64,000 nt of DNA, taken from Macrostomum lignano (lineage: Eukaryota). The notes below the pieces were generated by a model that saw nothing but the letters and a program-made list of their open reading frames with translations, did not search any database and was not told the DNA's origin. Both the position numbers and the translations under genes were made by a program. The stretch's first letter is position 1; each line of letters opens with the position of its first letter. Positions 1-12,200 of this stretch are shown here, in pieces. The stretch is from positions 124,001 through 188,000 of the forward strand of contig NIVC01001181.1 in the NCBI GenBank assembly GCA_002269645.1. The letters run 5' to 3'.

Positions 1-248
1 CGAATCCGAGGCCAAAGACGCCAACAACATCTACAAGTGGGAGTACAGATCCAGGGCTGGTCAGTACAGCTTCAAGCGCCTCAGCCCGCACCCCAAGCTG
101 CACTACAGTCCCTACGGATCCAGGGGCGATTTGCACATTCGATCTGTCGATCGAGACGACGACGGAAAACAGTTTATGTGCCTGCGAGGCCCGAAGGACG
201 CCAATAAACTGACTCGCTGTCCTAAAGAGACCACGCTGAGAGTCTTCT
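1..248 (+). CDS. PTK7: PTK7-like exon (Ig domain), starts before the window
   Basis: Frame from base 2 reads ESEAKDANNIYKWEY...GDLHIRSVDRDDDGKQFMC; donor GTGAGT at 249, phase 1. Confidence 0.8.
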
Positions 249-3200
249 GTGAGTTCTCGTTTTGTAATTCTTTGCTTTGGGAAAATGGGAAAGAGTTTGG
301 GATCAGGGATTTATTGCGCACCTTCTTGAGGCTCGGTGTTAGAGTGGGCAGAGATGCAAGAGCTGCTCTTTTCCCTCTTCCCCTTCTTCCCCTCTGTTTT
401 CTTGTTCCCCCTTTTCGCTTCCTTCCCTGTATTTTTCCATTCTTTCTCTTCTTTCCGGCTCTCCGCTCTTTTCCCTCTTTCCCTCTTCCCCTTTCCCCTC
501 TTCCCCTCTTCCCCTTTTGCCCCTCTTCCCCTTTCCCCTCTTCCCCTCTTCCCCTTTTGCCCCTCTTCCCCTCCTCCCCTCTTCCCCTCTTTCCCTCTTC
601 TCCTTTTCCCCTTTCCCCTCTTTCCCCTCTTTTCCCTTTCCCCTCTTTCCCCTCTTTCCCCTCTTCCACTCTCCTTTCCCTTCTCAGTTCTCACCTCTTT
701 TCCCCCTATCCCTCCTTTTTAGAGCATCGCTCTTTGCCACTATCCTCCCTTAAAGCTCTTCTTCAAACCGAATTGGCGGCCTATTCTCATTCTAAATGAA
801 AACTCTAGCAGAAAAAATATCATCTTCTCAATCAGCCAATTGAAGAAATCGCATTGGAAATATTAAAAATAAATTTCGCCAAGCACTGACGCTCCCCGCT
901 AAGATGGTTGGATCAAAGCGAAAAAAAGTGAAAAGAAATTAGCATTGCCCTACCAGGCAACCGCTTATAAATTAATAAATTAATCTGCATTCGAATTCCA
1001 TTCCAGATAAGAAACTTTTCCCGTCTCCCGCAGCGGCAATTTAGTTGCTTTCTTTTTTCTCTCGCTTCCTGCCAATTTCCAGATAGCGAAGAGCGCTCGA
1101 ATCCAATCTCAGTCAGGGAAGCGATAAGATTATAATAATTTACAAGTGCCCAACAAACGGATGGGGGGAAGAAGGGAGAGAGTGAAAAAAATTCGGGAGG
1201 CGGTGGAAATTGATAGAGCCAACTTTTTTATCTAGAGCGGATTAATTTGCATTAGTCCCATCTTTTTGCCATGGTATAGTTTAATGTCGAGGAGAATGGG
1301 TGGCGGCGTTGCCCTCCATCCCGTTCGGAGCATTGAAGTCCGTTAGTTAATTTAGCTTGCGGGTTGGAGGAGGCCGGGTGGCTGATGACAGGAATACAGC
1401 CGGCCAGGTGTGCATAGGAGGCTGGTGATGGAGCTTGCCTTCAAGCCTGCCTTTGATATCCATGCCGAGCCGACTTGCTATTTGCTTATTACTAACGAGT
1501 TCTCCGCTCCTTGCTGACTAATATCTGTATAGTTGCAACTGTTTCAAGCAATTTTTTAAGCATTTCCCAGGATTGGCTGGCCTGTTGATGTGGGGGGCGG
1601 GGCTTAAATTTCCTACCGTAATTTCTTTGAAGCAATTCACTGTTTCCTGAAATCGCACAGCCCGAGTCTAAATTTAATAAGCCCAATGCCAAATCACATA
1701 GTCCCAATTCTAAATCCCATAATCCCGATTCCAAATCCCATGATCTAGATTCCAAATCCCATAATCCCGATTCCAAATCCCATGATCTAGATTCCAAATC
1801 CCATTATCCCGATGCAAATCCCATTATCCCGATGCAAATCCCATAATCCAGATTCCAAATCCCATAATCCAGATTCCAAATCCCATAATCCCGATTCCAA
1901 ATCCCATTATCCCGATGCAAATCCCATTATCCCGATGCAAATCCCATAATCCAGATTCCAAATCCCATAATCCAGATTCCAAATCCCATAATCCAGATTC
2001 TAAATCCCATAACCCAGATTCCAAATCCCATAATCCCGATGCAAATCCCATTATCCCGATGCAAATCCCATAATCCAGATTCCAAATCCCATAATCCAGA
2101 TTCCAAATCCCATAATCCCGATTCCAAATCCCATTATCCCGATGCAAATCCCATTATCCCGATGCAAATCCCATAATCCAGATTCCAAATCCCATAATCC
2201 AGATTCCAAATCCCATAATCCAGATTCTAAATCCCATAACCCAGATTCCAAATCCCATAATCCAGATTCCAAATCCCATAATCCCGATGCAAATCCCATT
2301 ATCCAAATTCCAAATCCCATAATCCAAATTCCAAATTCCAAAATCCAGATTCCAAATCCCATAATCCAGATTCTAAATCCGATAACCCAGATTCCAAATC
2401 CCATAATCCAGATTCCAAATCCCATAATCCAGATTCCAAATCCCATAATCCAGATTCCAAATCCTATAATCCAGATTCCAAATCCCATAATCCAGATTCC
2501 AAATCCCATTATCCCGATTGCAAATCCCACTATCCCGATGAAAATCCCATAATCTAGATTCCAAATCCCATAATCCAGATTCCAAATCCCATAATCCAGA
2601 TTCCAAATCCCATTATCCCGATTCCAAATCCCATAATCCAGATTCCAAATCCCATTATCCCGATTCCAAATCCCATAATCCAGATTCCAAATCCCATTAT
2701 CCCGATTCCAAATCCCATAATCCAGATTCCAAATCCCATAATCCAGATTCCAAATCCCATTATCCCGATTGCAAATTCCATAATCCAGTTTCGATTGCCT
2801 CATCCCACTACAACCCAAATCAGGTCATTTTAAAGAAACTCACTTGGAACTACTTACTAAACGTACACAGAATGTGAGCACTGCACTCTTATGGTATTTA
2901 TTAATGCAAGCCAAGCCAAGTTAGCCTTCTCAGTCTCAACCTCAGCCTCAATATAAACCTCTGTCTAACGAGACTTGGCAATATTTTCTATCCAGCTTCC
3001 ACAGCAGCCGTGTGTGTGTTGACTTGACTGCATCAAACAGGCAACCTCAGCCTACCAGCGCGTAGCTCAACTAACAGTCTAGCTGGCATTGGGCTTCTTG
3101 TGTATTTATGAAAAAAATCAAGTGCCGTGACGAGATACGGCGCAGTCTGAGTTAGTGAGTGAGTTGAGGCGGTAACTCAGGGTCCCGCTTGGGGGAGCTG

Positions 3201-6200
3201 GGGCTGCTGAGCGCCTACCTTTGAAGATGCCGCCCAGGCTAGCCCAACTTCTTTTTTCAGCTTCGTAGCTTTCTTGCTTCTTCTGCCTTATTCTTTTCGT
3301 CCTCTTTGAAGTTTCTTACCGGCTGGACGAGCGGGCTTTGTTTGGCTTTTATGGAGTCTTCAAGCTTTAAGTAGTTCTAAGACTAGCCTAGGACTCTATG
3401 AGTTTCTCTTCTCTGCCTGTTGGAGGGGTTCGCTGCATTCCTAAGACCAGTTATTATTAGAAAAATTTATATTTCAATCCCTATTTATCGAACCGCTAAA
3501 ATATTTGATCACAAAGCCGCATTCCAATCCTCACTATTTGAATCCTCACTTTTTGAATCCCCACTATTCGAAACCTCACTATTCGAATCCCCACTATTCG
3601 AATCCTGACTATTCGAATCCTCACTATTCGAATCCCCACTATTCGAATCCCCACTATTTGGATCCTCACTATTCGAATCCTCACTATTCGAATCCCCACT
3701 ATTCGAATCCCCACTATTCTAATCCCCACTATTCGAATCCTCACTATTCGAATCTTCACTATTCGAATCCTCATTTCCTCACTATTCGAATCCCCACTAT
3801 TCGAATCCTCACTATTCGAATCCCCACTATTCGAATCCCCACTATTTGGATCCTCACTATTCGAATCCTCACTATTCGAATCCTCACTATTCGAATCCTC
3901 ACTATTCGAATCCCCACTATTCGAATCCTCACTATTCGAATCTTCACTATTCGAATCCTCATTTCCTCACTATTCGAATCCCCACTATTCGAATCCTCAC
4001 TATTCGAATCCCCACTATTCTAATCCCCACTATTTGGATCCTCACTATTCGAATCCTCACTATTCGAATCCTCACTATTCGAATCTTCAAAACACAAATC
4101 CCAATTATTGGAATCCTTATAATCCCGGAATCCCAATCCTCGAGACATCGAGTCCTCAACATATGATTCTGTATCATGGCACTCAATATTTGCTCATGCA
4201 CTCTTTCTTAGCTTAGAGTTCAAATTTAGCGCCTCGCTAACTCAATGGCATGCATTCAGTTTGTTCAAAGTTGACCGTAGCAATGATATTTGTCCTATTT
4301 ACCGCTTGTTATGTATATATTCCTAAGCTTTGTACAGGTCTTTGTTCTGGATTGTAAAACATGGCCATCTTCTTTCTTTTGCTTATTTTGCCTGTTTTTC
4401 TCCTCGGGTTTGTCACACAGGTAGGCTGGTGGGTTCTGGCTTCTTTTCCTACCTTTACTTATAGCTTTTATTGCGTTATGACCCTATCAAACGTACAGGT
4501 CGCCTTGAGAGAGATATGTATAGAAATAACCCTTTATAGTGTTTCTTTCCTTCCAGTAGGAAATTTAGCACCGTAGGGCTTTTATTGCTTCCACCGCTCC
4601 CTTCCCTTTAGCCTAGGGCTTTCCCAATGCTTGCTTGTTTCTTTTTATACGCTGAGAACGGAACAGAGGGCAAGTAGGCAGGCGGGTAAAAGATAGACGG
4701 AGTTGAAGAGAAAGAATTACAAAGACAACAACTGTTCCTAAGAAGCTCTTTGTCGGAAGGGGTCAAACACTAACAAAACACGCTATTACACCTCAGGGCT
4801 GAATCCCAATGTGACTGTGGCGCGGATCGAGCCGCCGACGAATCTGCAGCTGAAGTCGAACGATCGAGTGGTGCTCGAATGCCAACTGCAAGCGTCGGAG
4901 CCCCCTACCAGCGTTCGTTGGTTCCTGAATGGCAAAATGTGAGCGTAGGGGTGCCACTGCCTCCGCATTTGGGAATTGGAAGGGGTTGGGATCATTTGGG
5001 ATTGCAATGGGTTCATTTGATAACTGATGGAATCATTTGGGATTGCAATGAATTCATTTGATAACTGATGGAATCATTTGGGATTGCAATGGGTTCATTT
5101 GATAACTGATGGAATCATTTGGGATTGCAATGGGTTCGTTTGATAACTGATGGAATCATTTGGGATTGCAATGGGTTCATTTGATAACTGATGGAATCAT
5201 TTGGGATTGCAATGGGTTCATTTGATAACTGATGGGATCATTTGGGATTGCAATGGGTTCGTTTGATAACTGATGGGATCATTTGGGATTGAAATGGGTT
5301 CATTTGATAACTGATGGGATCATTTGGGATTGCAATGGGTTCGTTTGGGATGGGGATGGAATGATTTGGGATGGGGATAAGATCAATTGGGATGGGGATG
5401 GGATCATTTGGGATGGGGATAAGATCAATTGGGATGGGGATGGGATCATTTGGGATGGGAATAAGATCAATTGGGATGGGGATGGGATCATTTGGGATGG
5501 GGATGGAATCATTTGGGATGGGGATGGAATCATTTGGGATGGGGATGGAATCATTTGGGATGGGGATGGAATCATTTGGGATGGGGATGGGATCATTTGG
5601 GATGGGGATGGGATCATTTGGGATGGGGATAAGATCATTTGGGATGGGGATGGAATCATTCGGCATGGGAATGGAATCATTTGGGAAGGGGATGGGATCA
5701 TTGGGATGGGGATGGGATCATTTGGGATGGGGATGGGATCATTCGGCATGGGGATGGGATGTTTAGCTCTTTGATGGGGATGGGGACCAGTTAGATTCAG
5801 GACATTAGTTCGATAATTGAATTCAGTAAGAGGTAGGCCCTATCGGTGGACTCGTGTATACCAAAAGGCTGTATTCCCATATCGCCCGCAGCCTGTGCCG
5901 CCAAAATGAGCAGCGAAACAATTCGGAGTGCATTCCCATGGGAAGCGACTTTCAGCAGCCGAGCCTCAGCCAGCTTGTTATAACAAAATTAACAAAACTT
6001 CTTTCCGGTGTTTATCACTGCTACGTTGAGGCCACCGGAGGAAAAGTGCTCACCAGGAGTCCCCTGCCCGTGTTCTTTGACGGTGAGAACGGCTCACGTG
6101 AAAACTGGCTATTCTCACTAATTTATCCCATTCTAGTATCACCCCAATCCTCACCAATTTATCCCATTCTAGTATCATCCCAATTCTCACCAGTTTATCC

Positions 6201-9200
6201 CTTTCTAGTATCACCTCAATCCTCACCAATTTATCCCATTCAAGTATAATCCCAATCCTCACCAATTTATCCCATTCTGGTATCATCCCAATTCTCACCA
6301 GTTTATCCCATTCTAGTATCACCTCAATCCTCACCAATTTATCCCATTCTGGTATCATCCCAATCCTCACCAATTTATCCCATTCCAGTATCATCCCAAT
6401 CCTCACCAGTTTATCCCATTCTAGTATCATCCCAATCCTCACCAATTTATCCCATTCTAGTATCATCCCAATCCTCACCAGTTTATCCCATTCTAGTATC
6501 ATCCCAATCCTCACCAATTTATCCCATTCTAGTATAATCCCAATCCTCACCAATTTATCCCATTCCAGTATCATCCCAATCCTCACCAGTTTATCCCATT
6601 CTAGTATCATCCCAATCCTCACAAATTTATCCCATTCTAGTATCATCCCAATCCTCACCAATTTATCCCATTCCAGTATCATCCCAATCCTCACCAGTTT
6701 ATCCCATTCTAGTATCATCCCAATCCTCACAAATTTATCCCATTCCAGTATCATCCCAATCCTCACCAATTTATCCCATTCCAGTATCATCCCAATCCTC
6801 ACCAGTTTATCCCATTCCAGTATCATCCCAATCCTCACCAATTTATCCCATTCTAGTATAATCCCAATCCTTACCCGTTTACCAGTTATCCAAATACTAG
6901 ATCCAAAATACTAATCCAAAAAAATGAATCCCAAGACGCTACTCTAATCCCCCACCCTACGCCCCATCTGCAGGCATCGGCAGTAAGTTCGGCAATCCTG
7001 TCCACTACGTTCGTAACGACGAGAAAGTTCGGCTGCCCACATTTGACCTTGACGAGTCCGATCACAAGCTCTGGTTCACGCTGAAGGCTTTCGGCTACCA
7101 GCATATTGATAGGAAGAATATCGATATGGTTATGGATTCGAGGTAGGCTGCGGATGAAAATGACCTTGGGGATAAAATGGGGATAAATGGAGGAGTGGGG
7201 GATAGAATGGGGATAATTGGAATAATAGGGGGATAGAATGGCGATAATTGGAATAATAGGGGGATAGAATGGCGATAATTGGAATAATAGGGGGATAGAA
7301 TGGGGATACTTGGAATATTGGGGAGATAGAATGGGAATAATTGGAATATTGGGGGATAGAATGGGAATAATTGGAATATTGGGGGATAGAATGGGGATAA
7401 TTGGAATAATTGGAGATAGAATGGGGATAATTGGAATAATAGGAGGATAGAATATCGATAATTGGAATAATAGGTGGATAGAATGGCGATAATTGGAATA
7501 ATAGGGGGATAGAATGGCGATAATTGGAATAATAGGGGGATAGAATGGCGATAATTGGAATAATAGGGGGATAGAATGGCGATAATTGGAATAATAGGAG
7601 GATAGAATGGCGATAATTGGAATAATTGGGGAGATAGAATGGCGATAATTGGAATAATAGGGGGATAGAATGGCGATAATTGGAATAATAGGGGGATAGA
7701 ATGGCGATAATTGGAATAATAGGAGGATAGAATGGGAATAATTGGAATAATTGGGGAGATAGAATGGGAATAATTGGAATATTGGGGGATAGAATGGGAA
7801 TAATTGGAATATTGGGGGATAGAATGGGAATAATTGGAATATTGGGGGATAGAATGGGAATAATTGGAATATTGGGGGATAGAATGGGAATAATTGGAAT
7901 ATTGGGGGATAGAATGGGAATAATTGGAATATTGGGGGATAGAATGGGGATAATTGGAATAATTGGAGATAGAATGGGGATAATTGGAATAATAGGGTTA
8001 GAATAGGGATGATTTGAATATTGGGGGATAGAATGGGGATAATTGGAATAATAGGAGGATAGAATGGCGATAATTAGAATATTGTAGGATAGAATGGGGA
8101 TAAATGGAATGGTGGGGGATAGAATGGGGATAAATAGATTAGTGGGGAATAGAATGGGAAATATGTTGTGGGATAAATACATAGATTAAAAATGCGATTA
8201 TTAAATTAAAAACATGCACACCGAATCCCTCGGTCAGCGACCGATCGATCTCCACGTCGGGCCTTGAGTTGCGCAACAACCGCTGGCGCTCCGACACCAC
8301 CAAGCTGCGCATCAGCGAAGCGTTTGCCGGGACCAGCCATTTCTATCTTGTCCGCCTGGTGCTGCTGAAGTCACAGTTCACCGCCGAGTTTCTCTACGAG
8401 GTTGTGCAGACAAGTGAGTAGTAGTATATGCAGCATTTTTTCAGGTTTTTATTGTTAAGGACGTATGGAGGCACTAAGGGGATGCTGTGATGGGGCACTA
8501 AGGGGCTGCTGTGATGGGGCACTGAGAGGATGCTGTGATGGGACACTGTAAGGATGCTGTGATGGGGCACTCTAAGGATGCTGTGATGGGGCACTAAGGA
8601 TGCTGTGATGAGGCATTGAGGGGATGCTGTGATGGGCCACTGAGGGGATGCTGTGATGGGCCACTGAGGGGATGCTGTGATGGGCCATTGAGGGGATGCT
8701 GTGATGGGCCATTGAGGGGATGCTGTGAGATGCTGTAATTGGGCATTAAGGATGCTGTGATGGGGCACTGAGGTGATGCTGTGATGGGGCACTGGGAGGA
8801 TGCTGTGATGGGACACTGAGGGGATGCTGTGATGGGGCATTAAAGATGCTGTGATGGGACACTGAGGGGATGCTGTGATGGGGCACTAAGAGGATGCTGT
8901 GATGCTTCACTACTTAAATTTTCTCCAAATCTCCCCTATTATTTCAGAGAACTCCGGCCTAGACGGGAACAAGAACTTCGAGCCGCCAGTTACATTTCGG
9001 CCGCTGCTGGTGCCAATCAACTCCGTATTTGTTCAACGGGTCTACCTGCCCTACCGAGACCAGAGTAGCGGCCAAGAGTGGATTCCCATGCCCAGCGTCA
9101 CCTGGACCGCTCCCGGTGGCGCTCGAGTGCCGAGAGAGTCCGAATCGCCTAGCGCCAGAGTTCGAATTGTTCGAGACTATCATTTGCAGGTAAATAGTGG

Positions 9201-12200
9201 CCTGTTCGGCTCTCCCCTGCTGTCTTCCCCTCTTCCCCTCCTGCCTTCCCCTGTTCCCCTCCTGCCTTCCCTGTTCCCCTCCTGCCTTCCCCTGTTCCCC
9301 TCCTGCTTTCCCCTCTTCCCCTCCTGTCTTCCCCTCTTTACCCTCCTGTCTTCCCCTCTTCCCCTCCTGTCTTCCCCTCTTTGCCTCGCGCCTTCCCCTC
9401 TTCCCCTCCTGTCTTCCCCTCTTTCCCCTCCTGTCTTCCCCTCTTCCCCTCCTGTCTTCCCCTGTTCCCCTCCTGTCTTCCCCTGTTCCCCTCCTGTCTT
9501 CCCCTGTTCCCCTCCTGTCTTCCCCTGTTCCCCTCCTGCCTTCCCCTCTTCCCCTTCTGCCTTCCCCTGTTCCCCTCCTGTCTTCCCCTGTTCCCCTCCT
9601 GTCTTCCCCTGTTCCCCTCCTGCCTTCCCCTCTTCCCCTCCTGCCTTCCCCTCTTCCCCTTCTGCCTTCCCCTGTTCCCCTCCTGTCTTCCCCTGTTCCC
9701 CTCCTGTCTTCCCCTGTTCCCCTCCTGCCTTCCCCTCTTCCCCTTCTGCCTTCCCCTGTTCCCCTCCTGTCTTCCCCTGTTCCCCTCCTGTCTTCCCCTG
9801 TTCCCCTCCTGTCTTCCCCTGTTCCCCTCCTGCCTTCCCCTCTTCCCCTTCTGCCTTCCCCTGTTCCCCTCCTGTCTTCCCCTGTTCCCCTCCTGTCTTC
9901 CCCTGTTCCCCTCCTGCCTTCCCCTCTTCCCCTTCTGCCTTCCCCTGTTCCCCTCCTGTCTTCCCCTGTTCCCCTCCTGCCTTCCCCTCCCCCTCCTGTC
10001 TTCCTCTCTTCCCCTCCTGCCTTCCCCTCTTCCCCTCCTGTCTTCCCCTCCCTTCCTGCCTTTATGTCTTTCCCTTTCCCTCTCCCTCTGCCCCCCAATC
10101 GCGCCTCCAAAATTCAAGTACCGGTATCAGCTTCACTACAAAAGCGTCTGTCTGTCCCACTCGGCCAGCTGGACTCGGCCCGCAAGTCGGACAGCGGCAC
10201 CTACACCATTCGGCTGGAGAACCCGGCCGGCAGCAGCGAGATGCCGCTAAGCCTGCTGGTGACCTACCCGCCCACGCTGAGCAAAGTGCCCGTCAGTAAA
10301 GTAGCCACCGAGGACGATAAAGGCTTGACAATTGCCTGTCCCTACAGTCCTGGCAATGTAGTGACACAGCTAACCAAATTCGACTGGTACAAGTACACAC
10401 AGGGCTCCAGTCTGCCTGTGCTAGTGGCCAGCTCGAGTTCTGCACCAGATTCCGGCGCTGACTCTGCCGTTGTCGCCTCGTCGGCTATCGGCATGCCGAC
10501 GGCGGCGAAAAGCTACAGAGTCAGTCCTGACGGAGCCCTGACCTTCCAGTCCGTGTCGCTGCACCACGCCGGAGTGTACGCCTGTCTGGCCGTGACCCGA
10601 CTAGACGATCTGGGCACCCCCGTGTCGGAGAAGAGCGACTCTTCCGGCAATATTACTCTGAGCGTGAAAAGGAAATTTCAGTTGTGCCCGGCTAAGAATT
10701 CTGCTGTGCAGCTGGAGCTGAAGGCGAGTCTCTTTGCTGTCTTTTGTTGCAAATCACTGATCCCAGTCTTGAGCACATTCATTGATCCCAGTCTTGAGCA
10801 CATTCATTGATCCCAGTCTTGAGCACATTCACTGATCCCAGTCTTGAGCACATTCACTGATCCCAATCTTGAGCACATTCACTGATCCCAGTCTTGAGCA
10901 CATTCACTGATCCCAGTCTTGAGCACATTCACTGATCCCAGTCTTGAGCACATTGATTGATCCCAATCTTAAGCACATTGATTGATTCCAATAATCTATA
11001 GAAGCCAAATCCACTAACAATAGAAGAATCCCACACTGGCATCCAGGTGCAAGAGACTCTAGACTGCCCCTGGTCGGGCGAGTACGCTCCCAGGATCAGC
11101 TGGTCCAGGCGCTCAGGCCCGGGCGACACATTCCAGTCGATTCCAGTCGACACCCTGTCGGGCGGCGGCGGCAGCGGCGGCATCGAGCTGAGCCCAGACG
11201 GCACGCGGCTCACCTTTCACTACGTCTCGAAGGAGATGCGCGGCCAGTACAGAATAGTTGCCGAGGGACCGCAGGGCCGGCTAGAGAAGATCTTCAACGT
11301 TGAGGTCGGCGCCAAGCCTGTCTTCCGGCGCATCTCGCCGAACACAACGGTGGAACTGGGCGACACTGTTCGCCTCGACTGCGAGGTGACCGGCGATCCG
11401 AGGCCGACCATCACCTGGACGTTTCGTCCGTTCGGCAGCGGCGGCGGCGTCGGCGACTACCGACCCACGGCGATCACGCAGGACATGTTCAAGCGCGACA
11501 ACAGCAGCCGCCTGCTCACAGCTGACAGCCTGCGCCGGGAGGACTTGGAAAAGACCAGAAATCTGTTCCTATTCCCCAATGGCACGCTGATCATTCATCG
11601 GGCTACAATGGGCCACGCCGGGGAGTATCAGTGCCTAGCGGCCACTGTGTACATCCTCATGCCTAATAAGCACACTGTGCACCTTCGCGTCCTGGACCCC
11701 AACGCTGGCGAAGCGTCGGGTTCGTCTGACAAGAATTCCATGATGAAAACTGTCATCATAGTGGTGAGCTGCGCTGTCGGCTACCTGGGCCTCATTGTGT
11801 TCTTATCGATCTGCTGTACACTGAGGATGCAGCAGAAGCGGCAGAAACGATCGGACAACATGCAGCTGCAGGAGCAGCAACAGCAGCAACAGCAGCAGCA
11901 GTTCGTACATCCTCAGCAGCAGCCAATGTTGACCTGCGCAGCAACTTCCACCATGCTGACCAGCAATGGCTTCAGCAATAGCGGGGCCGCTAAAAAGCAG
12001 AAACAGCATCAGCAGCCGCCACAGCAGCAGCAGCAGCAGCACCTGTTTATGAATCGGCTTCGCGACTCACCTGGCGGAGTTGGCGGAGGCTATTATGAGT
12101 CAGCCGAATCCGGCAGGTCTCTGCAACAGCTGCAGCCGGAGTACAAGACTCTGCTGAGCCAGAGCGGCAGGTACAGCCCACCGAGAGCCGACCTCATCTA

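Noticed and set aside
1690-2790. Telomeric or interstitial telomere repeat
   Set aside because: The unit is a 21-mer with ATCCC, not a (TTAGGG)n-type repeat.
3240-3380. Possible nested minus-strand exon in PTK7 intron 1 (LKLEDSIKAKQSPLV...)
   Set aside because: Short, interrupted by a stop, with no recognisable family or partner exons.
112-10250. Long ORFs in the track with periodic translations (GIWNLDY, NPHYS, WDKLVRIGMILE, PVFPCSP, GEDRRGT etc.)
   Set aside because: They are translations of intronic minisatellites and sit between exons that splice cleanly around them.
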